DNA of 60,029 nucleotides from Dehalococcoidia bacterium (GTDB lineage Bacteria; Chloroflexota; Dehalococcoidia; Lucifugimonadales; UBA3495): positions 1 to 60,029 of the forward strand of contig JASLXV010000062.1 in assembly GCA_030740155.1 (NCBI GenBank), given 5' to 3'. The notes beneath the pieces are model-generated. The model was given only the letters and a program-made list of their open reading frames with translations, did no database searches and was not told the DNA's origin. Each line of letters opens with the position of its first letter. Positions within the stretch are counted from its first letter, which is position 1. Made by a program: the position numbers and the translations under genes. Positions 39,578-50,073 of this stretch are shown here, in pieces.

Positions 39578-40711
39578 CTAGTCGATCACGAACAACCGCT
39601 CTGTGTCGAACTTGCCCGTGAGAAGTTCGGGCTCTCCTCCAGTTACAAGGATCATATCCTGGAGATGCCAGTAGCTTGAAAAGGGCTCAACGGCCACCAC
39701 CATCCCTTCCTCGATTTGCGTGTGGCAGTCCGCCACCAGCAACGGTTGCTGCTGGTGGAACCAGGGGCCCACGCTGTGGCCCACCATGCTTCCAGCGCCG
39801 CTGAACCCGTACTCCTTGAGTTTTTGATCCGCGAAAGAGAACAGGTCGTTGGCTCGTACTCCCGGCCGGCAGCGGTCGATGGTCATCAGGTGTACTTCAC
39901 GGTACTTCCGGTACATCTCGACTTGCTCTTCCGATGGCGGGCCGACGACGAAGACCCGGGATTGGTGGCCGGGATAGCCCTGCAAGTACGAGACGTAGTC
40001 GGTGCGCACAATATCGCCCTTTTCCAGAAGCGTATCACCTTCACCCAAGTAGCGCACGTTGTTCCGGCTGGTGTTCAGGAGCCCGTGAACGATTTCCGCG
40101 CCTCTTGCCATGCAGGCTTTCACCAATTGGGCGTGTACTTCTCGCAGGGTATATCCCTCGCCAACGTTGGAAAAAACCTCCACGTAGGCATCGTCCTGGA
40201 TGTCGGCGGCCCGCCTCAGCAGGTCGACCTCTCCGGGGGTCTTCACCCAGCGGACGGCATCCATCAACTCGGTGCAATCGAACATCTCGACGTCGGGGAG
40301 AAGCCGGTGAAACTCCTCCCAGTGCGATGCGCTCAGGTAGGTCTTCTCGAACCCTATCTTGGATTTGGTCAATCCCAGTCGCTCGATAACCTCGGCCGTT
40401 CTGGCAAACGCGGTCGTCCGGTAGTCATCGTACCCTTCGATATTCGGAATCCAGGAATCCCTCCAGGCTCTGGCTATGCCAAGATTATTGAGCACCATGA
40501 CCGGTTCGCCCTGCCGGGGCCATACCACGTATATCTCTCTCGGTGAGTCGGGAAAATCGACGTGCCGTCCTTGGGAGCCTGGGAAAGCCACACCGGAGAG
40601 GTAAGTAATGTTGGTGCCGGAGCGCGCGACAATCGCCGAACAACCGTGCCGGTCCATGAAGTCGTTCAGTCTCGGCACGTTTGCGATGATCTTCCGTTTC
40701 CCGTCTGACAT
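39578..40711 (-). CDS. M24 (Xaa-Pro peptidase/creatinase-fold) family protein
   Basis: NITYLSG, RWVKTPGE, GHSVG, VAVEP. Confidence 0.88.
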   Translation of the reverse strand: MSDGKRKIIANVPRLNDFMDRHGCSAIVARSGTNITYLSGVAFPGSQGRHVDFPDSPREIYVVWPRQGEPVMVLNNLGIARAWRDSWIPNIEGYDDYRTTAFARTAEVIERLGLTKSKIGFEKTYLSASHWEEFHRLLPDVEMFDCTELMDAVRWVKTPGEVDLLRRAADIQDDAYVEVFSNVGEGYTLREVHAQLVKACMARGAEIVHGLLNTSRNNVRYLGEGDTLLEKGDIVRTDYVSYLQGYPGHQSRVFVVGPPSEEQVEMYRKYREVHLMTIDRCRPGVRANDLFSFADQKLKEYGFSGAGSMVGHSVGPWFHQQQPLLVADCHTQIEEGMVVAVEPFSSYWHLQDMILVTGGEPELLTGKFDTERLFVID

Positions 40712-41186
40712 GATTTCCTCCCTCTAGCCGGCTTTCGTTCCGCTGCATTGAGCTTCGGATATCTCTAGCTGACATCACGATTCTTCTTGGGACGCATGAC
40801 TTCGGGAGATGGACCGCTGCCCGGACCCCGGATGTACGCTTCTCCTAACGGCAGAGCCATTAAGGCGCATGCTCAGAAAACCAAGGGTATTGTGCTTTGC
40901 CGGTGACCCCAACGTCAATGGTCGATAGCCGAGGCGTGGGCCATGGCGCCTCCCGGAGGGAGATCCCGCCTTCATCAGGAGCCCGTTCGAGCACCGCCGC
41001 AGGCAAGCCGGTCCTACCTCCGCCCTTGTGTGAATAGCATAACGAGTGGTACAAATAACGGGGCGGACCAGGCCGCCTCGGCCGGACAACCCAATATCGG
41101 TTTGACTGGCTTTGTCGAGTAGCCGCCTGGAACCCAGATCCATCAATCGCCGAAGCGCCCATCCTGGCAAAAGGAGCCCGCAGACC

Positions 41187-42383
41187 ATGGTACAAGCATT
41201 GACCGGCACACGAATCCTGGACCTCACCCACTTTCAGGCAGGGCCTTCGTGCACCCAGGTTCTGGCGTGGCTGGGAGCTGACGTTATCAAGGTGGAGCAA
41301 CCGGGCACCGGCGACCCCACCAGGCAAACCAACAAGGACCGGCCGGACACCGATGCACTCTCGTTCCTGATTCTGAACGCCAACAAGCGCGGGCTGACCC
41401 TGAACATCAAGACCGAGCAGGGCAAGGAGATTTTCAACGCCCTGGTCAAGACCGCCGACGTGCTGATGGAGAATTTTGGCCCCGGCACCGCGGAGCGGCT
41501 CGGAGTGGGCTACGAGGCGATGCGTAAGGTGAACCCTCGTCTGGTTTACGCCTCGGTCAAGGGGTTTGGCACCTACGGGCCCAACTCCAACTACAAGGTC
41601 TTCGAGCCGATAGCCCAGGCCGCTGGCGGCGCCATGAGCGTCACTGGATTGCCCGACGCGGAACCCCTGATCACCGGGGCCGCCATCGGAGATTCGGGAA
41701 CCGGTATGCACTGCGCGGTCGGCATCCTGGCGGCGCTGTTGCAGCGCCAGGCCACCGGCGAGGGCCAGCAGGTAGAGGTCTCGATGCAGGACTCGGTGCT
41801 CAACTTGATGCGGCCCTACATGCGAGAGCACCAGCGGCTCGGCATGCCGGTGGTGGCCGCCGGCAACTCTCACCTGGGCGCCGTTCCCAGCGGCATCTTC
41901 AAGACCAGCGGGGGCGGGCGCAACGACTATGTTTTCATTTACGCCCAGAGCCAGGCCATGTGGCAGGACCTGATCCGGGCCATGGGCCGGGAAGATTTGG
42001 CTGAGGACGAGAGGTTCGCCACCCAGGAGTCCCGGAACGAGCACGTCGTGGAGCTGAACACCTTGATTGAAGAGTGGACCTCCCAACTGGGCAAGCAGGA
42101 TGCGGCGCGCGTCCTGGCGGATGCCGGCGTGCCCAGCGGGCCGGTAAACGACACCGGCGACCTCATGGTCGACCCTCATCTTCGGGAACGGGAGATGATC
42201 GTGGAAGCTGAGTACCCGACCCGGGGAAGCTTTTTCACTGTAGGTTGCCCGATCAAGCTGTCCGGGTCGCCGGTGAACATCAGCTCCCCTCCGCTTCTTG
42301 GCCAGCATAACGAGGAAATCTTGGCCGAGGTTGGCTACGACGCGACGCAGGTGCGGCAGCTGAAAGAGGACGGTGTGGTCTAG
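41187..42383 (+). CDS. CoA-transferase family III (CaiB/formyl-CoA transferase-like)
   Basis: QAGPSCT, GADVIKVE, NANKR, ENFGPG, AIGDSGTG. Confidence 0.93.
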   Translation: MVQALTGTRILDLTHFQAGPSCTQVLAWLGADVIKVEQPGTGDPTRQTNKDRPDTDALSFLILNANKRGLTLNIKTEQGKEIFNALVKTADVLMENFGPGTAERLGVGYEAMRKVNPRLVYASVKGFGTYGPNSNYKVFEPIAQAAGGAMSVTGLPDAEPLITGAAIGDSGTGMHCAVGILAALLQRQATGEGQQVEVSMQDSVLNLMRPYMREHQRLGMPVVAAGNSHLGAVPSGIFKTSGGGRNDYVFIYAQSQAMWQDLIRAMGREDLAEDERFATQESRNEHVVELNTLIEEWTSQLGKQDAARVLADAGVPSGPVNDTGDLMVDPHLREREMIVEAEYPTRGSFFTVGCPIKLSGSPVNISSPPLLGQHNEEILAEVGYDATQVRQLKEDGVV

Positions 42384-42582
42384 GCAGGCCACCAGCCGGC
42401 GCGGGCGTTGGGCGGACCCATCGCCGGAGCGTCTGAATGCCGCCCAAGATCGGCGCTCGGGAGCGCCGTAGCCGCTAGGGGTGTAGTATTGGGTCCACCG
42501 TCATGGATTCACCCTGCGTGCCGCCACCAACGGCGCGCCGGGTTATCCAGGGTGGCCCACGTTCCCCGGAAGGGAGTCGTCT

Positions 42583-43329
42583 ATGAGCCGAATAGACGCG
42601 GTGTTGAATAAAGAGACCGAGGACCACCTTGGTAAGAAGGTGACCTATAAGGTCCCCCTTACCGCCTATCCCACTAACTCTGAGATCATCATCATCAACT
42701 CCCCCGGCTCGGGCGAATTCAAGGACGGGCGCAGCTACCGATGGGCTAAGCTGGCCAGACACCTTCAGGAGCGGGAGCTGGGTACGATGGTCACCTACAA
42801 CGCTCCCCGGCCGGACTGGCAGGTCCAGCTACCCTGGGAGCCCTATTCCCACCAGGGAGTCAGCTGGAACCAGTTGCTGGTGGAGAGCCTGGCCCACGTG
42901 GTCGAGTTCTCGCTGGAGCGCGCAGCGGAGCTTTGCGGGACGACATCTCCAACCATCTACATGTCTGGGTTCTCCTCCGGCGGATCGGCGGTCGGCGCCG
43001 TCGCCTTTCGATACTCGGAGATCAAGCGCATCCTGCTCCTCTCCACCTACGACAGCGTCGGCGACTACTTCTACGACGGCGTGGTTCAGTTCCCCGGCGA
43101 CATCTACATGGCCTACGGCGCCAATGACCAAATGGCGGGGTTTTTGGCCTATATTCTGAGCTGCGGACCGATGGCGGCCACCTCACTGCAGGCACGTGAG
43201 GTGCCCGAATGCGACCACCGCTTCAGCGGGGCGGCCAACAGCAAGGTGCTCACGAAGGCCTTCCTCTGGGCCTTCGCCGGCGACGACAGCTTTCCTTCTC
43301 CGGAGGGCGGCCTTCAGCTGTACGAGTGA
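42583..43329 (+). CDS. Alpha/beta hydrolase
   Basis: GFSSGG nucleophile elbow, GAND, DHRF. Confidence 0.8.
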   Translation: MSRIDAVLNKETEDHLGKKVTYKVPLTAYPTNSEIIIINSPGSGEFKDGRSYRWAKLARHLQERELGTMVTYNAPRPDWQVQLPWEPYSHQGVSWNQLLVESLAHVVEFSLERAAELCGTTSPTIYMSGFSSGGSAVGAVAFRYSEIKRILLLSTYDSVGDYFYDGVVQFPGDIYMAYGANDQMAGFLAYILSCGPMAATSLQAREVPECDHRFSGAANSKVLTKAFLWAFAGDDSFPSPEGGLQLYE

Positions 43330-43375
43330 CCGCCGGCGCCCGGCGCAATCGTCGAGAGGATGGTCGTTGCGGCGG

Positions 43376-43442
43376 CCCTCACCCCGGCCTTCGTCCACCC
43401 CTCTCCCCGCGGGAGAGGGGGGGACGAAGGCCGGGGTGAGGG
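43376..43442. repeat. CCCTCACCCC...CTCTCCC/GGGAGAG...GGGGTGAGGG palindromic element (related copy at about 50679-50752)
   Basis: Long near-perfect inverted repeat in intergenic DNA. Confidence 0.7.
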
Positions 43443-43483
43443 AACTATTTTCGAAGCAAAGGTCGGAGCAGGAGGGAACAATC

Positions 43484-45139
43484 TTGGCCTCAGCTGATCA
43501 GGGAAGCCCGTTCCAAGCCCATCGCCCGGTGGCAATGGGCGCCCGAGGAATGGTAGCTTCGGCGCATCCACTGGCGAGCCTCGCCGGCCTGCGAATCTTG
43601 ATGGATGGCGGCAATGCGGTGGACGCGGCGGTGGCGGTGGCCGCCGCGCTCAACGTGTGCGAGCCGTTCATGAGCGGCGTGGCGGGTGTCGGGGTGATGC
43701 TCCTGCATCTGGCCGAAACGGGCGAGACCCGAGCGCTAGATTTCAGCGGCCGAGTCCCCTACGGCGCGACCCCGGATGTGTTCACTCCGGAGACGCAAAC
43801 GAGAGGCATCCGATCGCCGCTGGTGCCGGGTAACCTCGGCGGCTGGCTCGCGGCGCTGGACGCGTACGGCACCAAGAGCCGCGCCGACGTTTTCGGTCCC
43901 GCCATCGAATACGCCGAAGTTGGCTTTCCAATAAGCTACTTTGCCCACGGTGTCTTCAGCAGCGCCGAGCAGCTGCTCAACCAGTGTCCCAATGCAGCGG
44001 CGGCATATCTCCATGACGGCCGTGCGCCGGCGCCGGGAGGCGTGCTGCGGCAACCCGATCTTGCCAGGACCTTCCGGGCAATCGTCGAACAGGGAGCGGC
44101 CGCTTTCTACCATGGGGAGATTGCCCGGGCCATCGCGGATTTCTGCGCCGAAGAGGGCGGTCTGATCAAGCTGAAAGACCTGGAGGACTACAAGCCTACC
44201 TGGCAAGACATCATCACGACCGAGTATCGGGGTTATACCGTGGCGACAGCGCCGCCCCGGTTTGAAGGCTTCCAGATGCTGGAAACCCTGAACATCCTCG
44301 AACCCTACGATCTGGGAGGAATGGCCCACAACTCCCCTGAGGCCATCCATCTCATCGCGGAGGCCATAAAGATCGCCGTCGCGGACCGCATCCGTTACTG
44401 CGGCGACCCCGACCTTACGGACGTGCCGGTGGCGGGCCTTATCTCCAAAGAGTTCGCCGCGGAGCGGCGCATGTTGATAGACCCGGTAAGGGCGAATGCG
44501 GTCGAAGGGGAACGCTGGATGAAGGAGATCCCCGAAGGGGCCATCACCGCCGGCAATCCCCGCGAATATCTGTCGGGACTGACCACCCACTTCGCGGCCG
44601 TGGACCCGGCCGGCAACGTGGTTTCGGTTAGCCAAACTTTGGGCAGCGCCTTCGGCAGCTCCCGCATGGTGAAGGGCACCGGAGTCACGCTCAACAATGG
44701 CATCAACTGGATGGAGATCGACCCGGCCTGCGACACGCCCAATCGACTCGAGGGCGGCAAACGGCCGGCGATTCCGATCGCGCCTCTCCAGCTATTCCGG
44801 GACGGCAAGTTCTTTCTGTCCATCGGCACGCCCGGCAGTTATGGGCTTCTTCAGACGACGGTGCAGATGCTGCTGAACGTGCTGGATTTCGGCGCGAACC
44901 TGCAGGAAGCAATCGAAGCGCCCCGGTTCCGGTGCTGGGCCGGGACCACGATCGAGCTGGAGGCGCGAATCCCCGTCCAGGTCCGCGACCGGTTGGCGGC
45001 CATGGGACACGATGTCCAGGTCCTGCCCAACTTCTCACGGGTTGTCGGCGGCGGCCAGGCAGCGATGATACATCCGGCCAGCGGAGCGCGCATGGGCGGG
45101 GCCGACCCGCGGCGGGATGGTTACGCGATCGGGTTCTGA
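43484..45139 (+). CDS. ggt: Gamma-glutamyltransferase family protein (TTG start)
   Basis: GGNAVDAA, QPDLART, TTHFAAVD (Ntn Thr), GKRP, GTPG, GADPRRDG. Confidence 0.92.
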   Translation: MASADQGSPFQAHRPVAMGARGMVASAHPLASLAGLRILMDGGNAVDAAVAVAAALNVCEPFMSGVAGVGVMLLHLAETGETRALDFSGRVPYGATPDVFTPETQTRGIRSPLVPGNLGGWLAALDAYGTKSRADVFGPAIEYAEVGFPISYFAHGVFSSAEQLLNQCPNAAAAYLHDGRAPAPGGVLRQPDLARTFRAIVEQGAAAFYHGEIARAIADFCAEEGGLIKLKDLEDYKPTWQDIITTEYRGYTVATAPPRFEGFQMLETLNILEPYDLGGMAHNSPEAIHLIAEAIKIAVADRIRYCGDPDLTDVPVAGLISKEFAAERRMLIDPVRANAVEGERWMKEIPEGAITAGNPREYLSGLTTHFAAVDPAGNVVSVSQTLGSAFGSSRMVKGTGVTLNNGINWMEIDPACDTPNRLEGGKRPAIPIAPLQLFRDGKFFLSIGTPGSYGLLQTTVQMLLNVLDFGANLQEAIEAPRFRCWAGTTIELEARIPVQVRDRLAAMGHDVQVLPNFSRVVGGGQAAMIHPASGARMGGADPRRDGYAIGF

Positions 45140-45166
45140 GTGCCTAACCAGTAACCAGCCGCTGTG

Positions 45167-45370
45167 CTTCGACAAACTCACCACGAACGAGGGAAATCCG
45201 TACCATCGGGGGAATCCGTACCATCGGAGGAATCCGCACCGACGGGGGAAAACCGTACCAACGGGGGAATCCGTACCGGCGGGGGAAGACCGCACCAACG
45301 AGGGAAATCCGTGCCGGCGGGGGAAACCGCACCAACGAGGGAAATCCGTTCGTCCTGAGCCTGTCGAAGG
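45167..45370. repeat. Palindromic element containing about 9 tandem 18-19 bp units (GrGGGAAwTCCGyACCrrC)
   Basis: Direct inspection of 45189-45350. Confidence 0.85.
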
Positions 45371-45729
45371 ATCATGGGCGGCCTCCAAGCTCCTATCGGA
45401 GGATGGGGAGGACTCTAGGAAAGCACGGACTGCTTGATGAGTCGCTTCCGGCGGCGGCGGAGAATCGCCAAGGACTCAGGGAACGGAGCACTAGGTTAGC
45501 CCAGTGTTTCGTGAACGGCTTGAAACAGGGTCCGTCATCCCGGCGAAGGCCGGGATCCAGCTAACTCATCTCTGGATGCTGGCCCCGATGCTATCGGGGA
45601 CGATTACGGGGAGAGAACATCACCCAACATCGCAGATGTATAGCTATTAACAAGACAGTACAATAGCAGTTAGGGCATCCGTTGCAGAGCCCTGGTTCCC
45701 GAGAAAGATGGGAGAAAGGAGATGATGCG

Positions 45730-46533
45730 ATGGCCGAGTCGATCGGGATTGTTGGTTGCGGGACAATCGGCCAGGCCCTGCTCCGGGAGGCCGATGCCGG
45801 GGGGTTGCCGGTCGCCATCGCCGGTGTCACCAGCCGGACCGAAGGCACGGCTCGCGCCTTCCTGTCCTCGCTCCGCGACCCGCCGCCCTATCTCAGTCGA
45901 GAAGAGCTGATCGCCCGGTCAAGCCTGGTCGTCGAAACGGCGGGCGGCCAGGTGGTGCCCGAACTTGCCGGCCAGGTATTTGGGGCGGGCAAAGACCTGA
46001 TGGTGATAAGCATTGGCGCTCTCCTGGACCATCCGGAGATCATCGAACTGTCGCGAAAGAGCGGGTGCCGGTTATTGGCTCCGTCCGGGGCGATCGCGGG
46101 ACTGGACGGTATAAAGTCCGCCTGCGCGGGAGAGGTTAACCGGGTGATGATGGTTTCCAGAAAACCCCCGGAAGCCCTGGAGGGCGCGCCCTACCTCTCC
46201 GAGCAGGGCATTTCACTGGCCGGCTTGGACCACGAGCTGGAGGTGTTCTCGGGTACCGCTCGGGAGGCCTGCCGGGGATTTCCCGCGAATCTGAACGTGT
46301 CCGCGGCGGTGAGCTTGGCCGGTCTGGGGCCCGACCGGACCCTGGTCCGAATCCTGGCCGTGCCGGGACTCGGACGCAACTGTCACGACATTGAGGTGGA
46401 AGGGGAGTTTGGCCTGTTGACCATCCACATCGAGAACATCCCCTCCGAGAACCCCCGCACCGGCCGGCTCACCGCGCTGTCCATCATTCGCTCCGTCCGG
46501 GATGCGGTCGATCCGGTCCAAATCGGAACGTAA
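45730..46533 (+). CDS. nadX: L-aspartate dehydrogenase
   Basis: GCGTIG, PSGAIAGLD, RKPP, FPANLNV, NPRTG. Confidence 0.9.
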   Translation: MAESIGIVGCGTIGQALLREADAGGLPVAIAGVTSRTEGTARAFLSSLRDPPPYLSREELIARSSLVVETAGGQVVPELAGQVFGAGKDLMVISIGALLDHPEIIELSRKSGCRLLAPSGAIAGLDGIKSACAGEVNRVMMVSRKPPEALEGAPYLSEQGISLAGLDHELEVFSGTAREACRGFPANLNVSAAVSLAGLGPDRTLVRILAVPGLGRNCHDIEVEGEFGLLTIHIENIPSENPRTGRLTALSIIRSVRDAVDPVQIGT

Positions 46534-46590
46534 AGCGGCCCGCCCAAATGTAAATTCTTTAGAAGGGGCCTGGGGAACCCTGGCTTATAC

Positions 46591-47790
46591 CTACACCATC
46601 GCCACCGCGGTGACTTCGATCAGCAACTCGGGCCGCAGCAGTTGGTGCACCAATACGCCCGTGGCCGAGGGGAAACTGTCGCCGAAGTACTTGCGCCGGA
46701 CCTCCTGGACCCCCCGGTAGCCCATCAGCCCGTTCGGAGCCACCCACTCGATGGTGTTGACCACGTCGTCCATGGAGTACCCCGCCTCGGCCAGCACCCT
46801 GGCGATGTTGCCGTAGGCCTGGTCCGCCTGGGCCGCCAGATCGAATCCGCCTACGCTCTGTCCTGTCGCGTGATCCACCGCCGTTTCGCCCGATATATGA
46901 ACCATGCGCCCTTTCTTGACCCCGGGAAGATAGGTCAAACGCCCGAAATGCCCTTCCCAGTCCGAGACGGTTATCTCCTGGCGGGTACCGTCCTTGACCG
47001 CCAGGACTTCCACCTCTACGTGGGCCTCCGGCCGGAGCAGCCGGTTGATGAGGATGCCCGTGGCCGCCGGGTAACTGCCGCCGTAGAAGTCCTTCCGGAC
47101 CGGCCCGGTGTCGCGATACTGGAGCGTCGCCTGGGGGGCAATGTAATCCAGGCTCTTCACGATGTCGCCAGGCTGCGCTCCGGCTGCTTCTAGCACCGTT
47201 CCGATGCTTTGATAGGATAGCTCGACCTGCCGGGCGGTTGAGCGTGGATAGTGGCGCTTCCCGTCCACGACCTCGCGGCCCGTGATACCGGACAGCCAGA
47301 CCGTGTCGTCCGCTTCGACGGCGGGCACGAAGGTTAGCTGGGACGAGCCCGGCGCCGGGTCGATACTCCGCTTCGGGGCCTTCATGGCCACCGCGCTGAT
47401 CTCGATGAGGGCGTCGGGACGTAGCATTCGCTCCACGCAGATCCCCGTCGAAGCCACCGGGCTGCTGCCCAGGTATTGCCGCCGGATCTCTCCCGTCTGG
47501 CGGTATTGGGGGAGGCCCACCGAGTAGACGTAGTCCACCGTTTGCACCACGTTTTCGAACCCCAGGCCGGCCGCCTCCAGAACCACCCCCAGCTTTTCGA
47601 AGATCACCTTGGTCTGTTCCAGCAGGTCCCCTTTGCAGACCACCTTCCCCTGGTCAGGGTCGTAGACGCCGGCGGTTTGACCCGACAGGTAGAACACCCC
47701 GGCGTTCTCCGCCGCCATGCAGAAGGTGTACCGGGCTATGTCGAGCCAGGGGAACTTCTTGGGGTCCACTTCAACGATGTTTCTGCTCAT
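46591..47790 (-). CDS. Triple-domain Rid (YjgF/RidA) family protein
   Basis: Three units each with xSGx(T/A), LEAAG-like, RxxY, PxxTG and L(I/V)E(I/V) motifs. Confidence 0.85.
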   Translation of the reverse strand: MSRNIVEVDPKKFPWLDIARYTFCMAAENAGVFYLSGQTAGVYDPDQGKVVCKGDLLEQTKVIFEKLGVVLEAAGLGFENVVQTVDYVYSVGLPQYRQTGEIRRQYLGSSPVASTGICVERMLRPDALIEISAVAMKAPKRSIDPAPGSSQLTFVPAVEADDTVWLSGITGREVVDGKRHYPRSTARQVELSYQSIGTVLEAAGAQPGDIVKSLDYIAPQATLQYRDTGPVRKDFYGGSYPAATGILINRLLRPEAHVEVEVLAVKDGTRQEITVSDWEGHFGRLTYLPGVKKGRMVHISGETAVDHATGQSVGGFDLAAQADQAYGNIARVLAEAGYSMDDVVNTIEWVAPNGLMGYRGVQEVRRKYFGDSFPSATGVLVHQLLRPELLIEVTAVAMV

Positions 47791-47846
47791 TTCTTCTCCG
47801 GTGAGGGTATCCCCCCCCCGCCAGTCTCTCCGCGGATTGCTCGGGC

Positions 47847-48287
47847 CTAGCCCCCGCGTCGGGGGAAGCGCACCGCGGCGCTGGCCGGCTGCACCACCTT
47901 GTCGCCATCCTGGTTCTCCATCCAGAGGTCGCACTCGACCAGCGCCTCTTTCCCGTCGATGCGGGTGGCGGTGACCACGCCGTGGCCGGTGACGGTGTCC
48001 CCCGGGAAGACCATGACCCGGTTTTGGAAGCCCAGCTTGCGCAGGAAGGCGCGGGGTCCGGCCCAGTCCTGCACCTGCTGGGCCAGGAAGCCACCGAGCA
48101 TCTGTCCGTCGAGGAAAGGCCCCTTGAACCCCTTTTCGCGGACGAAGTCGGCATCGTAGTGGATGCGGATGAAGTCCCAGGTGGAGGCGCCATAGGCCAT
48201 CATCCGGGCCATGCTGATCTCTTTCCGAAGAGCGGGTAGCTCGTCGCCCACTTTGACGTCTTCAAAATAGCGGATCGGTGTCTCCAA
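47847..48287 (-). CDS. MaoC-family dehydratase
   Basis: YFEDVKVGDELP, YGASTWDFIRIHYD, VFPGD. Confidence 0.88.
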   Translation of the reverse strand: METPIRYFEDVKVGDELPALRKEISMARMMAYGASTWDFIRIHYDADFVREKGFKGPFLDGQMLGGFLAQQVQDWAGPRAFLRKLGFQNRVMVFPGDTVTGHGVVTATRIDGKEALVECDLWMENQDGDKVVQPASAAVRFPRRGG

Positions 48288-48334
48288 GGGTCCACCTCCT
48301 CGGCTTGAACGTTGGGGTTCCCGCCGGCTACAGC

Positions 48335-48826
48335 CTACAGGCGATAGAACAGCGTCTCCAGGTTTCTGGCCAGCAACTCGTCCCGCTGGTTGTAGAATGA
48401 AGCCTCGATGATTTGAAAAACCATGTGCCCGGAACGGCCCGTCTTCTCGAACACGTCTTTGACCTTCCAGTGGGCGGTGATGATGTCATCGGGGTGAATG
48501 GGTTGGAAGAATTCGTAGTCGTTTCCGCCTCGCAACCGCCCAGCAAAATCCAACTCGCCGCGTCCGATAAAGTCCCCGCGTTCGTCGATATCGCTGTCCA
48601 GGTATTGCCAGGTATCGCAGATCAGGGTGGGCGGCGCCATAACATCCTTGAGACCGTGGCTCTTAGCGAACTCTCCATCGGTATACAGCGGGTTGAAGTC
48701 TTCGATGGACAGGGCATACATGCGAAAGGACGGCCGCCCCAGGGCATCCGGCGCCCGGTGGACAATTTCCTGTCCCACGCTGTTTTTCAGCTTGGCAAGA
48801 AGCTCGCTTCCGGAGTATTCGGCCAT
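48335..48826 (-). CDS. MaoC N-terminal-type (HadA-like) dehydratase partner
   Basis: DFNPLY, MAPPT, GGNDYEFFQPI, KTGRSG, NQRDEL. Confidence 0.85.
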   Translation of the reverse strand: MAEYSGSELLAKLKNSVGQEIVHRAPDALGRPSFRMYALSIEDFNPLYTDGEFAKSHGLKDVMAPPTLICDTWQYLDSDIDERGDFIGRGELDFAGRLRGGNDYEFFQPIHPDDIITAHWKVKDVFEKTGRSGHMVFQIIEASFYNQRDELLARNLETLFYRL

Positions 48827-48930
48827 CTCTGCCTCCTCGTGGAAAGGTTGCTGCCGGGGACGATGACAAACCGGGGCGCGCGGCGCCGTTTCAAGCGCAG
48901 CCCTATCGGGGCCGCTCTGGTTTCCCTCGC

Positions 48931-49737
48931 CTACCGGTCTTTGAAATGAGGCTTGCGTTTCTCCAGAAAAGCGCTCAAAGCCTCCCGGTGGTCTTCGGTG
49001 CTATGGGTGAGGACCTCGACATGGGCCGCCTCCGCCAGGTGCTCCTCCAGGGTTTGGGACAAGCCCCGGAGCACCATCCCCTTGACCATGCGGTTGGGGA
49101 TGGGAGGCTTCTCAGCGATGCGCCGGGCCATCGCCATCGTTTCTTCCTCCAGCCGCTCCGCCGGAACCACGTGGTTCAGCACCCCCAGGCGGTGGGCTTC
49201 CTTGGCTTCCAGCCAATCGCCGGTGTAGAGAAACTCGAGGGCCTTGTTGATTCCCATGGCCCGGTTGTACAGCCAGGTGGCCCCGGTATTGGAGACCAGG
49301 CCCATCTGGAGAAAAGCGTTCATGAACCGGGCGTGCTCGGAGCCGATGCGAATGTCGCAGGCCAGGACCCAGTCGAAGCCATCGCCGATGGCCAGGCCGT
49401 TGACCATGGCCATGGTGGGCTTTTCCATCTGGTGCAGGCCCAGGGTCACCCCCTGGGGGCCGGTTCGCATGAACTTCCAGGTCTCGTAGGGGCCGATGTG
49501 GCCCAGCAGGCTGTCGCCGCCCTGGCTCGCTTCTTTGATATCGGCGGAAGCGCAGAACGCGCGGCCGGCGCCGGTGAGCACTAGGACCCGGATGTCGGCG
49601 TCGCCGGCCACGTCCCGGAGCGCCACGTTCAACTCGTCGAACATCTGTTGGTTGATGGCGTTCAGCCGCTCCGGACGGTTGAGCGTCAGCTTGGCGACGT
49701 GCTCGGACTTTTCCAACAGAATAGTTTGGAACTCCAT
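48931..49737 (-). CDS. Enoyl-CoA hydratase/isomerase family protein
   Basis: LNRPERLNA, GRAFCASAD, LACDIR, AFLEKRKP. Confidence 0.92.
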   Translation of the reverse strand: MEFQTILLEKSEHVAKLTLNRPERLNAINQQMFDELNVALRDVAGDADIRVLVLTGAGRAFCASADIKEASQGGDSLLGHIGPYETWKFMRTGPQGVTLGLHQMEKPTMAMVNGLAIGDGFDWVLACDIRIGSEHARFMNAFLQMGLVSNTGATWLYNRAMGINKALEFLYTGDWLEAKEAHRLGVLNHVVPAERLEEETMAMARRIAEKPPIPNRMVKGMVLRGLSQTLEEHLAEAAHVEVLTHSTEDHREALSAFLEKRKPHFKDR

Positions 49738-50073
49738 GGGCTTCACCTCGATGAATGGTGCGGGAACCGCGAAGCGAGACGGTGAACGTCCGGACTCTCG
49801 CGGGTTCTCAATACGGCGTCACCCCCGGGTCCCGCCCGTTTCCCTCATGCGGCTCTGCTGATTTTGGGACGAACGGGGGCCGCTGTCAACCGAGCCGATC
49901 CGTCCCGAAAGGTGGCCTGGCAAGCTTGTCCGAAGAAGGTACATTGCCGGGAGCGCGGTCTTGAGGTACTTTGTCGGGTAGAATAGCCTCGGGTATATCC
50001 TGAGTCGTCCCCCTTGCCGGGCAGGCTCAGCGCCCTATTCTTGCAACCATGATTGGTCTGGCAGGAGGAAGTT

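Noticed and set aside
43196..43483. N-terminal extension of the GGT ORF
   Set aside because: Runs through the upstream gene and a palindromic repeat; the RBS supports TTG 43484.
45189..45350. Possible CRISPR array
   Set aside because: Units are contiguous 18-19 bp degenerate repeats with no unique spacers, and no cas genes are present.
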